Assembly (NCBI RefSeq): GCF_009834535.1
Contig: NC_045696.1
Span: 6,884,001-6,948,000 of the forward strand
Source: Camelus ferus
Lineage: Eukaryota
Direction: 5' to 3'
DNA length: 64,000 nt
Shown here: piece by piece, positions 13,443-24,297 of the stretch
Position numbering within the stretch: the stretch's first letter is position 1
Layout: every line of letters begins with the position of its first letter
The notes under the pieces: model-generated
Told to the model about the DNA's origin: nothing
The model's input: only the letters and a program-made list of their open reading frames with translations
Database searches by the model: none
Position numbers and translations under genes: made by a program

Positions 13443-16400
13443 TTAGATTCTACATATGAGCAATCTCATATGGTATTTTTCTTTCTCTTTCTGGCTTACT
13501 TCACTTAGAATGACATTCTCCAGGAGCATCCATGTTGCTGCAAATGGCATTATGTTGTCGGTTTTTATGGCTGAGTAGTATTCCATTGTATAAATATACC
13601 AAATCTTCTTCATCCAGTCACCTGTTGATGGACATTTAGGCTGTTTCCATGTTTTGGCTATTGTAAATAGTGCTGCTATGAACATTGGGGTGCAGGTATC
13701 ATCCTGAAGTAGATTTCCTTCTGGATACAAGCCCAGGAGTGGGATTCCTGGGTCATATGGTAAGTCTATTCCTAATCTTTTGAGGAATCTCCACACTGTT
13801 TTCCATAGTGGCTGCACCAAACTGCATTCCCACCAGCAGTGTAGGAGGGTTCCCCTTTCTCCACAGCCTCTCCAGCATTTGTCATTTGTGGATTATTGAA
13901 TGACGGCCATTCTGACTGGTGTGAGGTGATAATTCATTGTAGTTTTGATTTGCATTTCTCTGATAATTAGTGATATTGAGCATTTTTTCATGTGCTTTTT
14001 GATCATTTGTATGTCTTCCTTGGAGAATTGCTTGTTTAGGTCTTCTGCCCATTTTTGGATTGGGTTGTTTATTTTTTTCTTATTGAGTCGTATGAGCTGC
14101 TTATATATTCTGGAGATCAAGCCTTTGTCGGTTTCACTTGCAAAAATTTTCTCCCATTCCGTAGGTTTTCTTCTTGTTTTACTTCTGGTTCCCTTTGCTG
14201 TGCAGAAGCTTGTAAGTTTCATTAGGTCCCATTTGTTTATTCTTGCTTTTATTTCTTCTAGGAGAAAATTTTTTAAATGTATGTCAGATAATGTTTTGCC
14301 TATGTTTTCCTCTAGGAGGTTTATTGTATCTGGTCTTATGTTTAAGTCTTTAATCCATTTTGAGTTGATTTTTGTATATGGTGTAAGGGAGTGTTCTAGC
14401 TTCATTGTTTTACATGCTGCTGTCCAGTTTTCCCAACACCATTTGCTGAAGAGACTGTCTTTATTCCAATGTATATTCTTGCCTCCTTTGTCAAAGATGA
14501 GTTGACCAAAAGTTTGTGGGTTCATTTCTGGGCTCTCTATTCTGTTCCATTGGTCTATATGTCTGTTTTGGTACCAATACCATGCTGTCTTGATGACTGT
14601 AGCTCTATAGTATTATCTAAAGTCTGGGAGAGTTATTCCTCCAGCCTCTTCCTTTCTCTTCAGTAATGCTTTGGCAATTCTAGGTCTTTGATGGTTCCAT
14701 ATGAATTTTATTATGATTTTTTCTAGTTCTGTGAAATATGTCCTGGGTAATTGGATAGGGATTGCATTAAATCTGTAGATTGCCTTGGGCAGTGTGACCA
14801 TTTTAACAATATTGATTCTTCCAATCCAAGAGCATGGAATATCTTTCCATTTTTTAAAGTCTTCTTTAATTTCCTTCATCAGTGGTTTATAGTTTTCTGT
14901 GTATAATTCTTTCACCTCCTTGGTTAGATTTATTCCCAGATATTTTATTACTTTCGGTGCTATTTTAAAGGGGATTGTTTCTTTACTTTCTTCTTCTGTT
15001 GATTTATCGTTAGTGTAAAGAAATGCAACTGATTTTTGAATGTTAATTTTGTAACCTGCTACCTTGCTGAATTCTTCAATCAGCTCTAGTAGCTTTTGTG
15101 TGGACCTTTTAGGGTTTTCTATATATAGTAACATGTCATCAGCATATAATGACACTTTTACCTCTTCTTTTCCAATTTGGATCCCTTTTATTTCTTTCTC
15201 TTGCCTGACTGCTGTGGCTAGGACTTCCAGGACTATGTTGAATAGGAGTGGTGATAGTGGGCATCCTTGTCTTGTCCCAGATTTTAGTGGGAAGCTTTTG
15301 AGTTTTTCACCGTTGAGTACTATGCTGGCTGTAGGTTTGTCATATATAGCTTTTATTATGTTGAGATATGTTCCCTCTATACCCACTTTGGCGAGAGTTT
15401 TGATCATAAATGGGTGTTGAATTTTATCAAATGCTTTTTCTGCATCGATGGAGATGATCATGTGGTTTTTGTCCTTTCTCTTGTTGATGTGATGTATTAC
15501 ATTGATTGATTTGCGTATGTTGAACCAGCCTTGTGTCCCTGGGATGAACCCCACTTGGTCATGATGTATAATCTTTTTTATGTGTTGTTGGATTCTATTT
15601 GCTAAAATTTTGGTGAGGATTTTGGCGTCTATGTTCATCAGTGATATTGGCCTATAATTCTCTTTTTTTGTAGTGTCTTTGCCTGGTTTTGGTATCAGGG
15701 TGATGGTGGCTTCATAGAATGAGTTTGGGAGTATTCCCTCCTTTTCAATCGTCTGGAAGAGTTTGAGAAGGACTGGTATGAGTTCTTCTTTGTATGTTTG
15801 GTAGAATTCCCCGGTGAAGCCGTCCGGTCCTGGACTTTTATTTGTAGGGAGGTTTTTAATTACTATTTCTATTTCCTTTCTAGTGATCAGATTGTTCAAG
15901 TGTTCAGATTCTTCTTGATTCAGTTTTGGTGGACAGTATGTTTCCAGAAACTTGTCGATCTCCGCTAGGTTATCCAGTTTGGTTCCATATAGTTTTTCAT
16001 AATATTCTCGTATGATATTCTGCATTTCTATTTTGTTTGTTGTAATTTCTCCATTTTCCTTTCTTATTTTGCTAATTTGTGCTCTCTCTTTTTTCTTCTT
16101 TGTGAGTTTGGGCAGAGGTTTGTCGATTTTATTTACTTTTTCAAAAAACCAGCTTTTGGTTTGGTTGATTTTTTCTGTGGTCTTGTTAATCTCTATTGTA
16201 TTTAATTCCTCTCTGATCTTTATTATTTCCTTCCTTCTGCTGCTTTTTGGGGCTTTTTGTTCTTCTTTTTCTAATTCATTCAGGTGGTGGGTTAAATTGT
16301 TTATTTGAGATTGTTCTTCTTTTTTGAGGAAGGCCTGTATCGCTATAAACTTCCCTCTTAGCACTGCCTTTGCTGTGTCCCATAGGTTTTGAGTGGTTGT

Positions 16401-17240
16401 GCTTTCATTATCATTTGTCTCAAGGTAGTTTTTAATTTCAGCTTTGATTTCCTCATTGATCCATTGTTTTTTCAATAACATATTGTTTAATCTCCATGCT
16501 TTCCTTTTTTTCTCCTTTGTTTCTCTGTTGTTGATTTCCAGTTTCATGGCATTGTGGTCAGTAAAGATGCTTGAGATAATTTCTATCTTCTTAAAATTGT
16601 TGAGGTTTCTTTTGTGCCCAAGTACATGATCGATCCTGGAAAATGTTCCATGTGCACTTGAAAAGAATGTATATCCTATTTTTGGGGGGTGTAATGCTCT
16701 GAAAATATCCACCAAATCTAGTTTTTCTATTGTAGTGTTTAATTTCTCTGTTGCCTTGTTTATTTTCTGTCTGGAAGATCTGTCTAGTGATGTTAATGCA
16801 GTGTTAAAATCTCCAACTATGATTGTATTCCCATCAATATCCCCCTTTATCTCTGTTAGTAATTCTTGTATGTACTTAGGTGCTCCTATATTGGGTGCAT
16901 ATATATTAACGAGTGTAATATCCTCATCTTGTATCACTCCTTTAATCATTATAAAATGTCCTTCTTTATCTTTCTTTATGGCCTTTGTTTTAAAGTCTAT
17001 TTTGTCTGAAATCAGTACTGCAACACCTGCTTTTTTGGCTTTTCCATTTGCGTGGAATATCCTTTTCCATCCTTTCACTCTCAATCTATATGTGTCCTTC
17101 TCCCTAAAGTGGGTCTCTTGTATGCAGCATATTGAAGGTTCTTGCTTTATTATCCAGTCTGCCACTCTGTGTCTTTTGACTGGAGCATTTAGTCCATTAA
17201 CATTTACAGTAATTAATGATAGATGTGTGTTTATTGCCAT
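13443..17240 (-). pseudogene. L1 ORF2 (EN-RT-CCHC), 1266 codons in one frame with in-frame TAA at 14613-14615 and 13893-13895
   Basis: Track ORFs 14613..17240, 13893..14525 and 13443..13820 share one frame. EN motifs NVNGLN, QETH, GDFN, RIDH, TDH; QGCPLSP; YADD at 15135-15146; [18 protein letters not shown] at 13824-13877. Confidence 0.95.
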
Positions 17241-17644
17241 TTTGAACTTATCTTTGCAGTTGAATTGGTATATCCTCTTTGTTCCTTTCTTCTTCCTTTT
17301 GTGGTTTGGTAATTTTCCTTTGTATTATCATGGATTTTATTTAATTTTTGTGACTCCTTTGTAAATTTTTGGCTTGTGGTTACCCTTTTTTGTAAATCTA
17401 TCAACCCATTACTATAACTGTTTTTATTAAACTGATAGTAACATGATCTCAAACACATCCTACTGTTAAAAAAATTTAAAAAAGAAAGAAAAAAATATTC
17501 TATATTTCCCTGCCTCCCTCTCCCACTCTCAGTGATTTGTATGTCTTCTTTTATAATTTCATGTTTACTTTATTTGTAATTCATGAGTTATCACCTTTCC
17601 AGTTGTGTGTTTCTCATTTCTGTAGCATCCTGCTGCTTTTCTAT

Positions 17645-18550
17645 TTAGAATAGCCCTTTCAATATTTCTTTTAGCATGGGTTTAGTGTTGCTAAACTCCT
17701 GCAGCTTTTTTTTTTTGTCTGTGAAACTCTTTATTTCTCCTTCTATCCTCAAGGATAGCCTTGCTGGATAAAGGATCCTAGGCTGCATCTTTTTTTCATT
17801 CAGGGCTTTGAATATATCTTGCCACTCCCTTCTGGCCTGTAGTGTTTGTGTAGAGAAATCAGCTGAGAGCCTTATGGGGGTTCCCTTGTAACTTACTCTT
17901 TGCTTTTCTCTTGCTGCCTTTAGAATCATTTCTTTATCCTTGACTCTGGCCATCTTGATTATGATATGTCTTGGTGTGGGTCTATTTGGGTTCTTCCTGT
18001 TTGGGACCCTCTGAGCTTCCTGTACTTGGATATCTGATTCCTTCTTTAAGTTTGGGAAGTTTTCAGTCATGATTTCTTCAAAAACCTTTTCAATCCCCTT
18101 TGATCTTTCTTCTCCTTCTGGGACCCCTATTATGCGAAGATTGGGACGCTTTATATTATCCCATAGGTCCCTTATGCTATTTTCATTATTTTTTATTTGC
18201 TTCTCTTGTAGTTCTTCTGAATGGGTGCTTTCTATTGCCCTGTCTTCTAGATCACTAATTCGTTCCTCTGCATTATCTAGTCGGCTTTGCACAGCTATTA
18301 GATCATTCCTCATCTCTGTCAATGAGTTTACCCATTCTACTTGGCTCTTCTTTATAGCTTCAATTTCATTTTTGACATATTTTATATCTCTAAACACTAT
18401 CTCTTTTAATTCCTTCAGCAATTCGATCACTCCTTTTTTGAAATCTTGATCTAGTAGGCTATCGATGTCTATTTCGTTGATCTTTCTTTCAGGGGATTTC
18501 TCTTGTTCTTTTAATTGGGAAAGGTTTTTCTGCTTCTTCATCTTGCTCAT
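17645..18550 (-). CDS. L1 ORF1p (301 aa, open; coiled coil, RRM, CTD)
   Basis: Motifs LWDNIKRPNLRIIGVPE, PRHIIIK, AREK, PIRLSADFS, ARREW, YPARLS. Confidence 0.96.
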   Translation of the reverse strand: MSKMKKQKNLSQLKEQEKSPERKINEIDIDSLLDQDFKKGVIELLKELKEIVFRDIKYVKNEIEAIKKSQVEWVNSLTEMRNDLIAVQSRLDNAEERISDLEDRAIESTHSEELQEKQIKNNENSIRDLWDNIKRPNLRIIGVPEGEERSKGIEKVFEEIMTENFPNLKKESDIQVQEAQRVPNRKNPNRPTPRHIIIKMARVKDKEMILKAAREKQRVSYKGTPIRLSADFSTQTLQARREWQDIFKALNEKKMQPRILYPARLSLRIEGEIKSFTDKKKKLQEFSNTKPMLKEILKGLF

Positions 18551-20210
18551 ACCTCTTTGGCACTGTGGTTTATGGAGTATCAGTTGTTTATTTTGGTCCT
18601 TAAGGATTTTATCTATCTGATGCCTATTTAGGAATAGAACTTAGGAAAAAAAAGAAAAAAAAATAGAGAAAGAATTTTAAAAGAAGGGAGAAAGAGGGTT
18701 TGAAAACATTGTATAATGAATAATAGAAGAGTGAGGTGAAGCAGAGTATTAATCGGGTTGAGACGTCCTTTTAAAACCTTTACAAAAAAAGGGGGGGGGA
18801 GATGAATAGATGTATTCGAAACCTGTGTCTAATCAATAGTAGGACATCAAAACCCAAGAGAAATAGAAATGAATTAAGAAGTAAAGATTAAGAGAGTAAT
18901 AGAAAATAGAACAGGTAAAAACAGATTTTAAAAAAAAGGGGGGGGGGTTGTCGGTGTTCTCCTGGAGTCTGTGTGCTTTTAATGTGAAGTCTTTCTGTCT
19001 TCGTCCTGTTTTGGAAGCTCAGCTTGCTGTTTTCAGAGGCCCTCCGTTGGCGCCCTCTTCTGTGCTGCTCCCAGCACCTGTCGGCAAGCAGATCGCGCCT
19101 CCTCCTAACACTGGGTCAGGTGTAGCTCTCCTCTGCTGTGGGCGGGCGGGTCGCTGCCCCTCCGGATGCCGCAGTCAGATGTTGCAGACTGGCCAGGTAG
19201 GAGGGCGGGTCGTGCCCCCTCCCAGCACCTCGGTCAGGGGCTGTGTTCCTGCCCGGAAGGCGCGGGGCCGCTCTCCCTCTACCTGCGCCGCCAGTAGCTC
19301 CACTCTCTGTGCGGCTGTGCGCTCCGCCCTGGTCGGCGCTCCGCAGGTGGGCTCGGGGAAGACCGAGGGACAGCCCTGTCCCTGCTCCGAGCCAAAACCC
19401 AGCTCCTTGCTTGTCTTTGTGGAGCAAGTTCTCTGAGGGACCAGGATGGAAGGATCCTGTCTGCCCCGGGCTGCAGGCCAGTCTCAGTCTGGCCTTTGAG
19501 GCTGCTAAGCCCTTCGGTGCAGATGCAGGTTTCGCCCCGCCCCCGCCTGGGTGCTCAGCGCAGAGGATCTGGCGGCTGTGCCTGCGCCCCGCCTCTCTTC
19601 CCCAGAAAACTTTCCGCGGGTTTTCAGAGATGGGGGTGTGCACCCTTCCCCCGAGAGCACATCAACCTTGCTGTTTTATGGAGGGCCCAGGTTGTTCTGC
19701 CCTGTGCACCCACAGCCACGGCGCGCAGCCCCTTGCATTCCCCCGGGGCTGCCTCCGTGCAACCGCCCCCGTCCTCCGCCCGGCTTGTGCAGCCTGGCCC
19801 TGCCCGTGGCTGCCGGCCCGCGTCTCAGGCTGGGTGTCGGGGGGACGCTCTGTGCCCGTTTAACTTAGTTCTGTTAGTCAAGGGCTGCTCTGTACAGCTC
19901 CGAGCCTCGGAGGCTCCCCCTCCGTCCCGCTGGCCTCTCAGTTGGAGAGGGGAGACCCAGCGAGCGAGCGCCAGTCCTCCTTTGCCGCTCCCTCCCCGCG
20001 GGACCCGTCCAGCGCTGCTTTGCCTTTTGTTCTTTCTTTTTTCCTTTTCTCCTACCAGATTTTTGGCGTCTTTATCTTTTGAAGAGGGCGATGTTCTGTC
20101 GGAGTTCCACAGGTGCTCTGTTTGGCTGAGTGTGTCTGTAGATGTGGGTCTTGGTGTATCTGTGGGAGAGGGTGACCTGCGAGCGTCCTTCTACTCCGCC
20201 ATCTTCTCCC
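18551..20210 (-). promoter_or_regulatory. L1 5'UTR internal promoter (about 1.66 kb; CpG-rich about 18950-20210; YY1 motif AAGATGGCG at 20197-20205)
   Basis: High GC and CpG content; YY1 site at the extreme 5' end as is typical of mammalian L1. Confidence 0.88.
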
Positions 20211-20218
20211 TGTTGACT

Positions 20219-20239
20219 AGCTGACTTCTGTTGCTTTTT
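20219..20239. repeat. L1 target-site duplication, right copy
   Basis: Identical to 13119-13139. Implied nick site TTTTT/GT is a variant of the L1 endonuclease consensus TTTT/AA. Confidence 0.95.
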
Positions 20240-22160
20240 GTCGCCATCTGTCCAGCCTCTCTCAGGCACGTGAGCCCCAGAGCATTCCTTCTGGTCCTTC
20301 TCACGAGTCATCCTGCCCAGGCCGCCCCCTCAGTTATCACAACAGTAACACATCTGCACAGGAAAGAGTTACTCGACATCATTTTCAAATAAACAACACA
20401 GTGGCCGCTGTATCCCGAGTGGGTCCAGGCGGTCCTTCCCCAGCCAGGACACAGGTGAGTGGACCACGGCTCCTCCCCCTGCCCAGAGTCCCGGGCCTGC
20501 TCTGTTAGGCACGTAGAGGTCTCGGCAGTCTGCATTAATGGAGAGGGAATTACTCCTCCTACGATTAAAGAAATGGCTCCAATTTAGCCTAGACTTGAAA
20601 TGTTCTAGTGTCAAATGAAGAGTGAGAACCAATTACAACCACCGCATATTAAATTAGCTCAATTAAAGCACAGTGATTTTTTAATCATTGCTTCTCATTT
20701 TATGGATTCGCTATTATCACTCCAGCATTGCATTAAGCCATGGAAGGACAAGAAAATGGGATCCTTTCCCACACTATGTGCAGCATTTTGGGGTGATGGA
20801 GGCACACACCCACATGCACACACACGCACATGGGCACAAACATTTATTTCCCCATCACATCACTATTCCACGCTGGTCAGCCGCGTGCTCAGCGCTTTGG
20901 GATCACCCACCCAGGGCCCCTGACAGTCGAAGGCTCCATCTCCAACTGTTTTCACATTCACATCATGGGAGGGGAGGAACAAGCATATTGACCCTGCACC
21001 TTAAAATCCCACAAAGAAGTGGCACTTCTGCCCTCACTGTTTGTCATTAGCCAAAACAACTCAGTAGCCATGCTGACTTCCAAGAAGTCTGCCCAGCGCT
21101 CGTGAGGAGGGTGTAAGGTCAGCCCTGCAGAAGACAGAGGGGCTGAGCTATATGCTGGAAATGCTGCAAAGCCAGCCTGGGTACACGGAGCCAATCCACG
21201 CGTTAGCAACGGCAGGGGACCATCACATCCCTAGTCAGGGGGCCAGAGGGACGTGGCAACTGGGAGCCACACAGATGTGGTTGGTGCCAGAGATTCCTCC
21301 TGAAGGAGAGGAGAAAATACCGTGGCTCCTCCCTTCCTCCCACCTGCCGGTCCCCCAGGGCTGAGCCCGTCTATAAGACAACAGAGGGAGGGTCAGGAAA
21401 CAGGTCCCCCGGGGCCCCGGCAATAAAGAGCAGAAGGGGGAGGGGTAAGGGAGCTGAGGGCAAACAGGCCAGGACAGGCCCCAGGGAAACCAGAATGGCC
21501 CACAAGAGTGGGATGATGGCCACCGTGGCAGAACCAGCCCCCTAAGAAGAGGAAGCTCAAGTTGGAACCACCAAGACCAGGGGCCCAGGCAGCAGAATTC
21601 CCGTGGGAGCACACTTGTCCCAAAGCATTAGGGCCCCTGACAGTGAGAGAAGGGAGGCGTTAAACCCACGGGGCCTGTCCATTTGCTGGGGTACTGAAAG
21701 CTCCTATTCCCCTCGGGAAATGCCCACCCAGCATCTCAAACACACTGTGACCAGCGCCCCACCCCAGGCCCTCTCGGGCCGGGAGTAGGATTTTACCACA
21801 ACAAAGCAGTTTTGCCGCCACCCCTCCCAATGGAAAAGGACAATGTCACACGTCAAGCAGATGTGGGTACCCAGATTTTGGCCTCTGTTCAAGGCTGGTA
21901 AGAAACCTCACAGCTGGACTGGGAGTTCAGGGCTGTGGAGGATGCTCTGGGCAGGGCAGAGTTATTCTTCGCATGAAGTCATCGGGGCACTGAATGACCC
22001 TCTATTCTCAGGGACTAAAGCTACACCAGGCCCACCAGATGGTGCTCTTCAAAACCTTCTCCATCCCAATAAAATTCAGACACTTCAAATATGGAATCTG
22101 TCTCTCGGGCTCACACCCGCACAGGCGATCACAGCACCATCTCAAAGGTAACACGACTTT

Positions 22161-22305
22161 AATTTTTAAAGGTTAGACTCCATTTATAGGAATTATAAAA
22201 TATTTGCTATATTCCCCATAACCTTTAAAAGTTGGGAATCACCATGTGGTACACCTGTAATTTATTATGCATCAACCCTACTTCAATAAAAAATAAAATA
22301 AAAAA
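22161..22305. mobile_element. Short L1 3'UTR insertion with inverted 5' part
   Basis: 22161-22220 is reverse-complement L1 3'UTR; 22219-22305 is forward 3'UTR with A tail. Compare with the collinear copy at 29850-30030. Confidence 0.75.
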
Positions 22306-24297
22306 GAAGACAACAGAATGCTAAATTCAAATTCTGAGGGAAATGATTTTCAGCCTAAAAATGTATACCCAGTAGACAGGGAATTGGGAGGGCATAATAC
22401 AGGCGTATTGAAATCAGAAATCTTAGACCCCTTGCATCCTTTAAAAAAAAAAGTCAAGAAAGGGGAAAAGAATACAAGAAAGAGGACACCATGGGTTAAA
22501 AGAGCAGGGAAAGATGTGGAAATTTTAGAAAATAAAGGTCTAACTCTAGTTCATAAAATTCATGCTGATCATTACAAGAACTAAAACCAGATACCTTTGA
22601 CAGCACTGCCTCTGGTGAACGGAAGTGGGCAGAAGAGCTTTTACTTTGTATTTTATACTCTTTTTAGTTATCGCCATTTATTTTGTTTTGGATACCATTA
22701 CTTGTAATTAAAAAAAATTAATAAAACTTCAAAAAGCCGCCCCCTAAAAGAGAAGCGCAGCATGGCAAAGTCAGACCCCCGCTCTTAACCACCCATCACT
22801 GCCGTTACACAGTTTAACCAGCACTTCGTTCCTTGGAATTATCATCACACACATTGCTACCCCTGGTTCCTGTAAAAGGGAGGTCTTCTTGGAGCTCCTT
22901 CCCCGCCTCCTGATCCTCCGCCTTCCCCCCGCCCCCCATCACTTTCAGCTCTCCCTGGGGGCGGTGTGCCTTCCACCCTCCTTGCTCTCTGGTCCTTCTC
23001 TCTTCTCTCTCCCATCAAGCCTCCCTTCTCCTTCCTCCTCAACGGAGGGCATGTGCCACTCTGGCTGCCCTGAATCTCCTTCAGACTCTCCTTTGGTACT
23101 TTCCCTCTTCTCCTCCTTTTGCATCTCCCAGCCTAAGACAGGAGACTGTGAGCCCCTCCCTCCTGCAGGTGAGCTAATGCAGATGAGCGGCGGGGCTGGG
23201 TGCCGGCCAGCACAGGTGCCCATAGAAGCATCCCTTCCCTCTCCCAGCAGCTCAACCATGTGCTTCCACGAATAAGTTCTGGGAGCCCAACCTCCCGGCT
23301 GGGTCCCTCATCCTCCCACCACTCTGGGAGCCCCATTTTATCCCTCACCTGGTCTGCCCCCCCACCCTCACCAGCTTGGCTCTGCCACCTGCAGCTCTGA
23401 CTGGTATGTCCTCATTTCTGTGTATTCTCTCCCGGGTTTCCTGCAGGACAAGGGGAGGGAGGCACACAAGTAGATGCCAAGGGGGGCCAGCTTGGGGGAT
23501 AGGGTAGCAGGACACAGATGTATGCAGAAGATTGTATTGTATGCTGGGTCCCCACACCATATACCCTCTTAGTCCCACCATTAGGAAAAAACCTTTGATC
23601 CAAAGCAGAAGAGAGCCAGCAGCCTCTTCCCGGCTTCTGCTCCTCTAAAAAGCTGTTACTTTTTCACTGAGAGGCATGTACTTTTCCTTACTGGAATATA
23701 TATTTTACATTCAAGGGTAATCACTTCCTGCTCAAGATTATGGGCCTGTTCAGTTGGAATCAGAGATGCTGGCTGTGCGGTCAGAGGGCCTGAAATGGAC
23801 TATGGTCCTTGTGCAGCTTAATGGCCTGAGCCACCATCTCCATGGGGATGGGCTTCACACCCTGCCTGATCCCCCCTCCTCCTCCTTCCCGAGTCCTTCA
23901 AGGTGGGGACTTTCTTGCTTCCATGATTTCCGTCTGCTGCCTCACTGCAAGGCCCCACCCCCTAACAGCCAGCGCCAAACACAAATGCCGTTTCCTCCCT
24001 CGTCATCTCCGGAACGAGCACGTACTAGGAAGGGTCTGACTTACTGGAGCACACAGCACTGTTCAAAACATAAAACTGAGTGAATTTCAGCTCAGGCTGC
24101 CTGACATTTGTATAAGTTATTACTGGTCTTCGTGCAAATGGAAATGGAGAAAATCTGTTTTCTCAAATTCACTTCCCTTCCCTTAAGATCGTGGAGATCA
24201 CTTTGATCCTCACCTTTTGATGAATGTCCCTGACTTGGTGGGCGAGAAAGTCATCTCTGACACCAACAACTTCTCTCAGGCACTAGGAAGCTCCAGA

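Larger units (their letters stand above)
13135..20210 (-). mobile_element. Full-length LINE-1 (about 7.1 kb), young, antisense to KCNJ6
   Basis: Poly(A) seen as T11 at 13135-13145, AATAAA (TTTATT 13153-13158), 3'UTR, ORF2, spacer, ORF1, CpG-rich 5'UTR starting GGGAGAAGATGGCGG, and flanking TSD. Confidence 0.98.

Noticed and set aside
13945..18449. Hydrophobic + strand ORFs of 98-209 aa
   Set aside because: Antisense shadows of the A-rich L1 ORFs.
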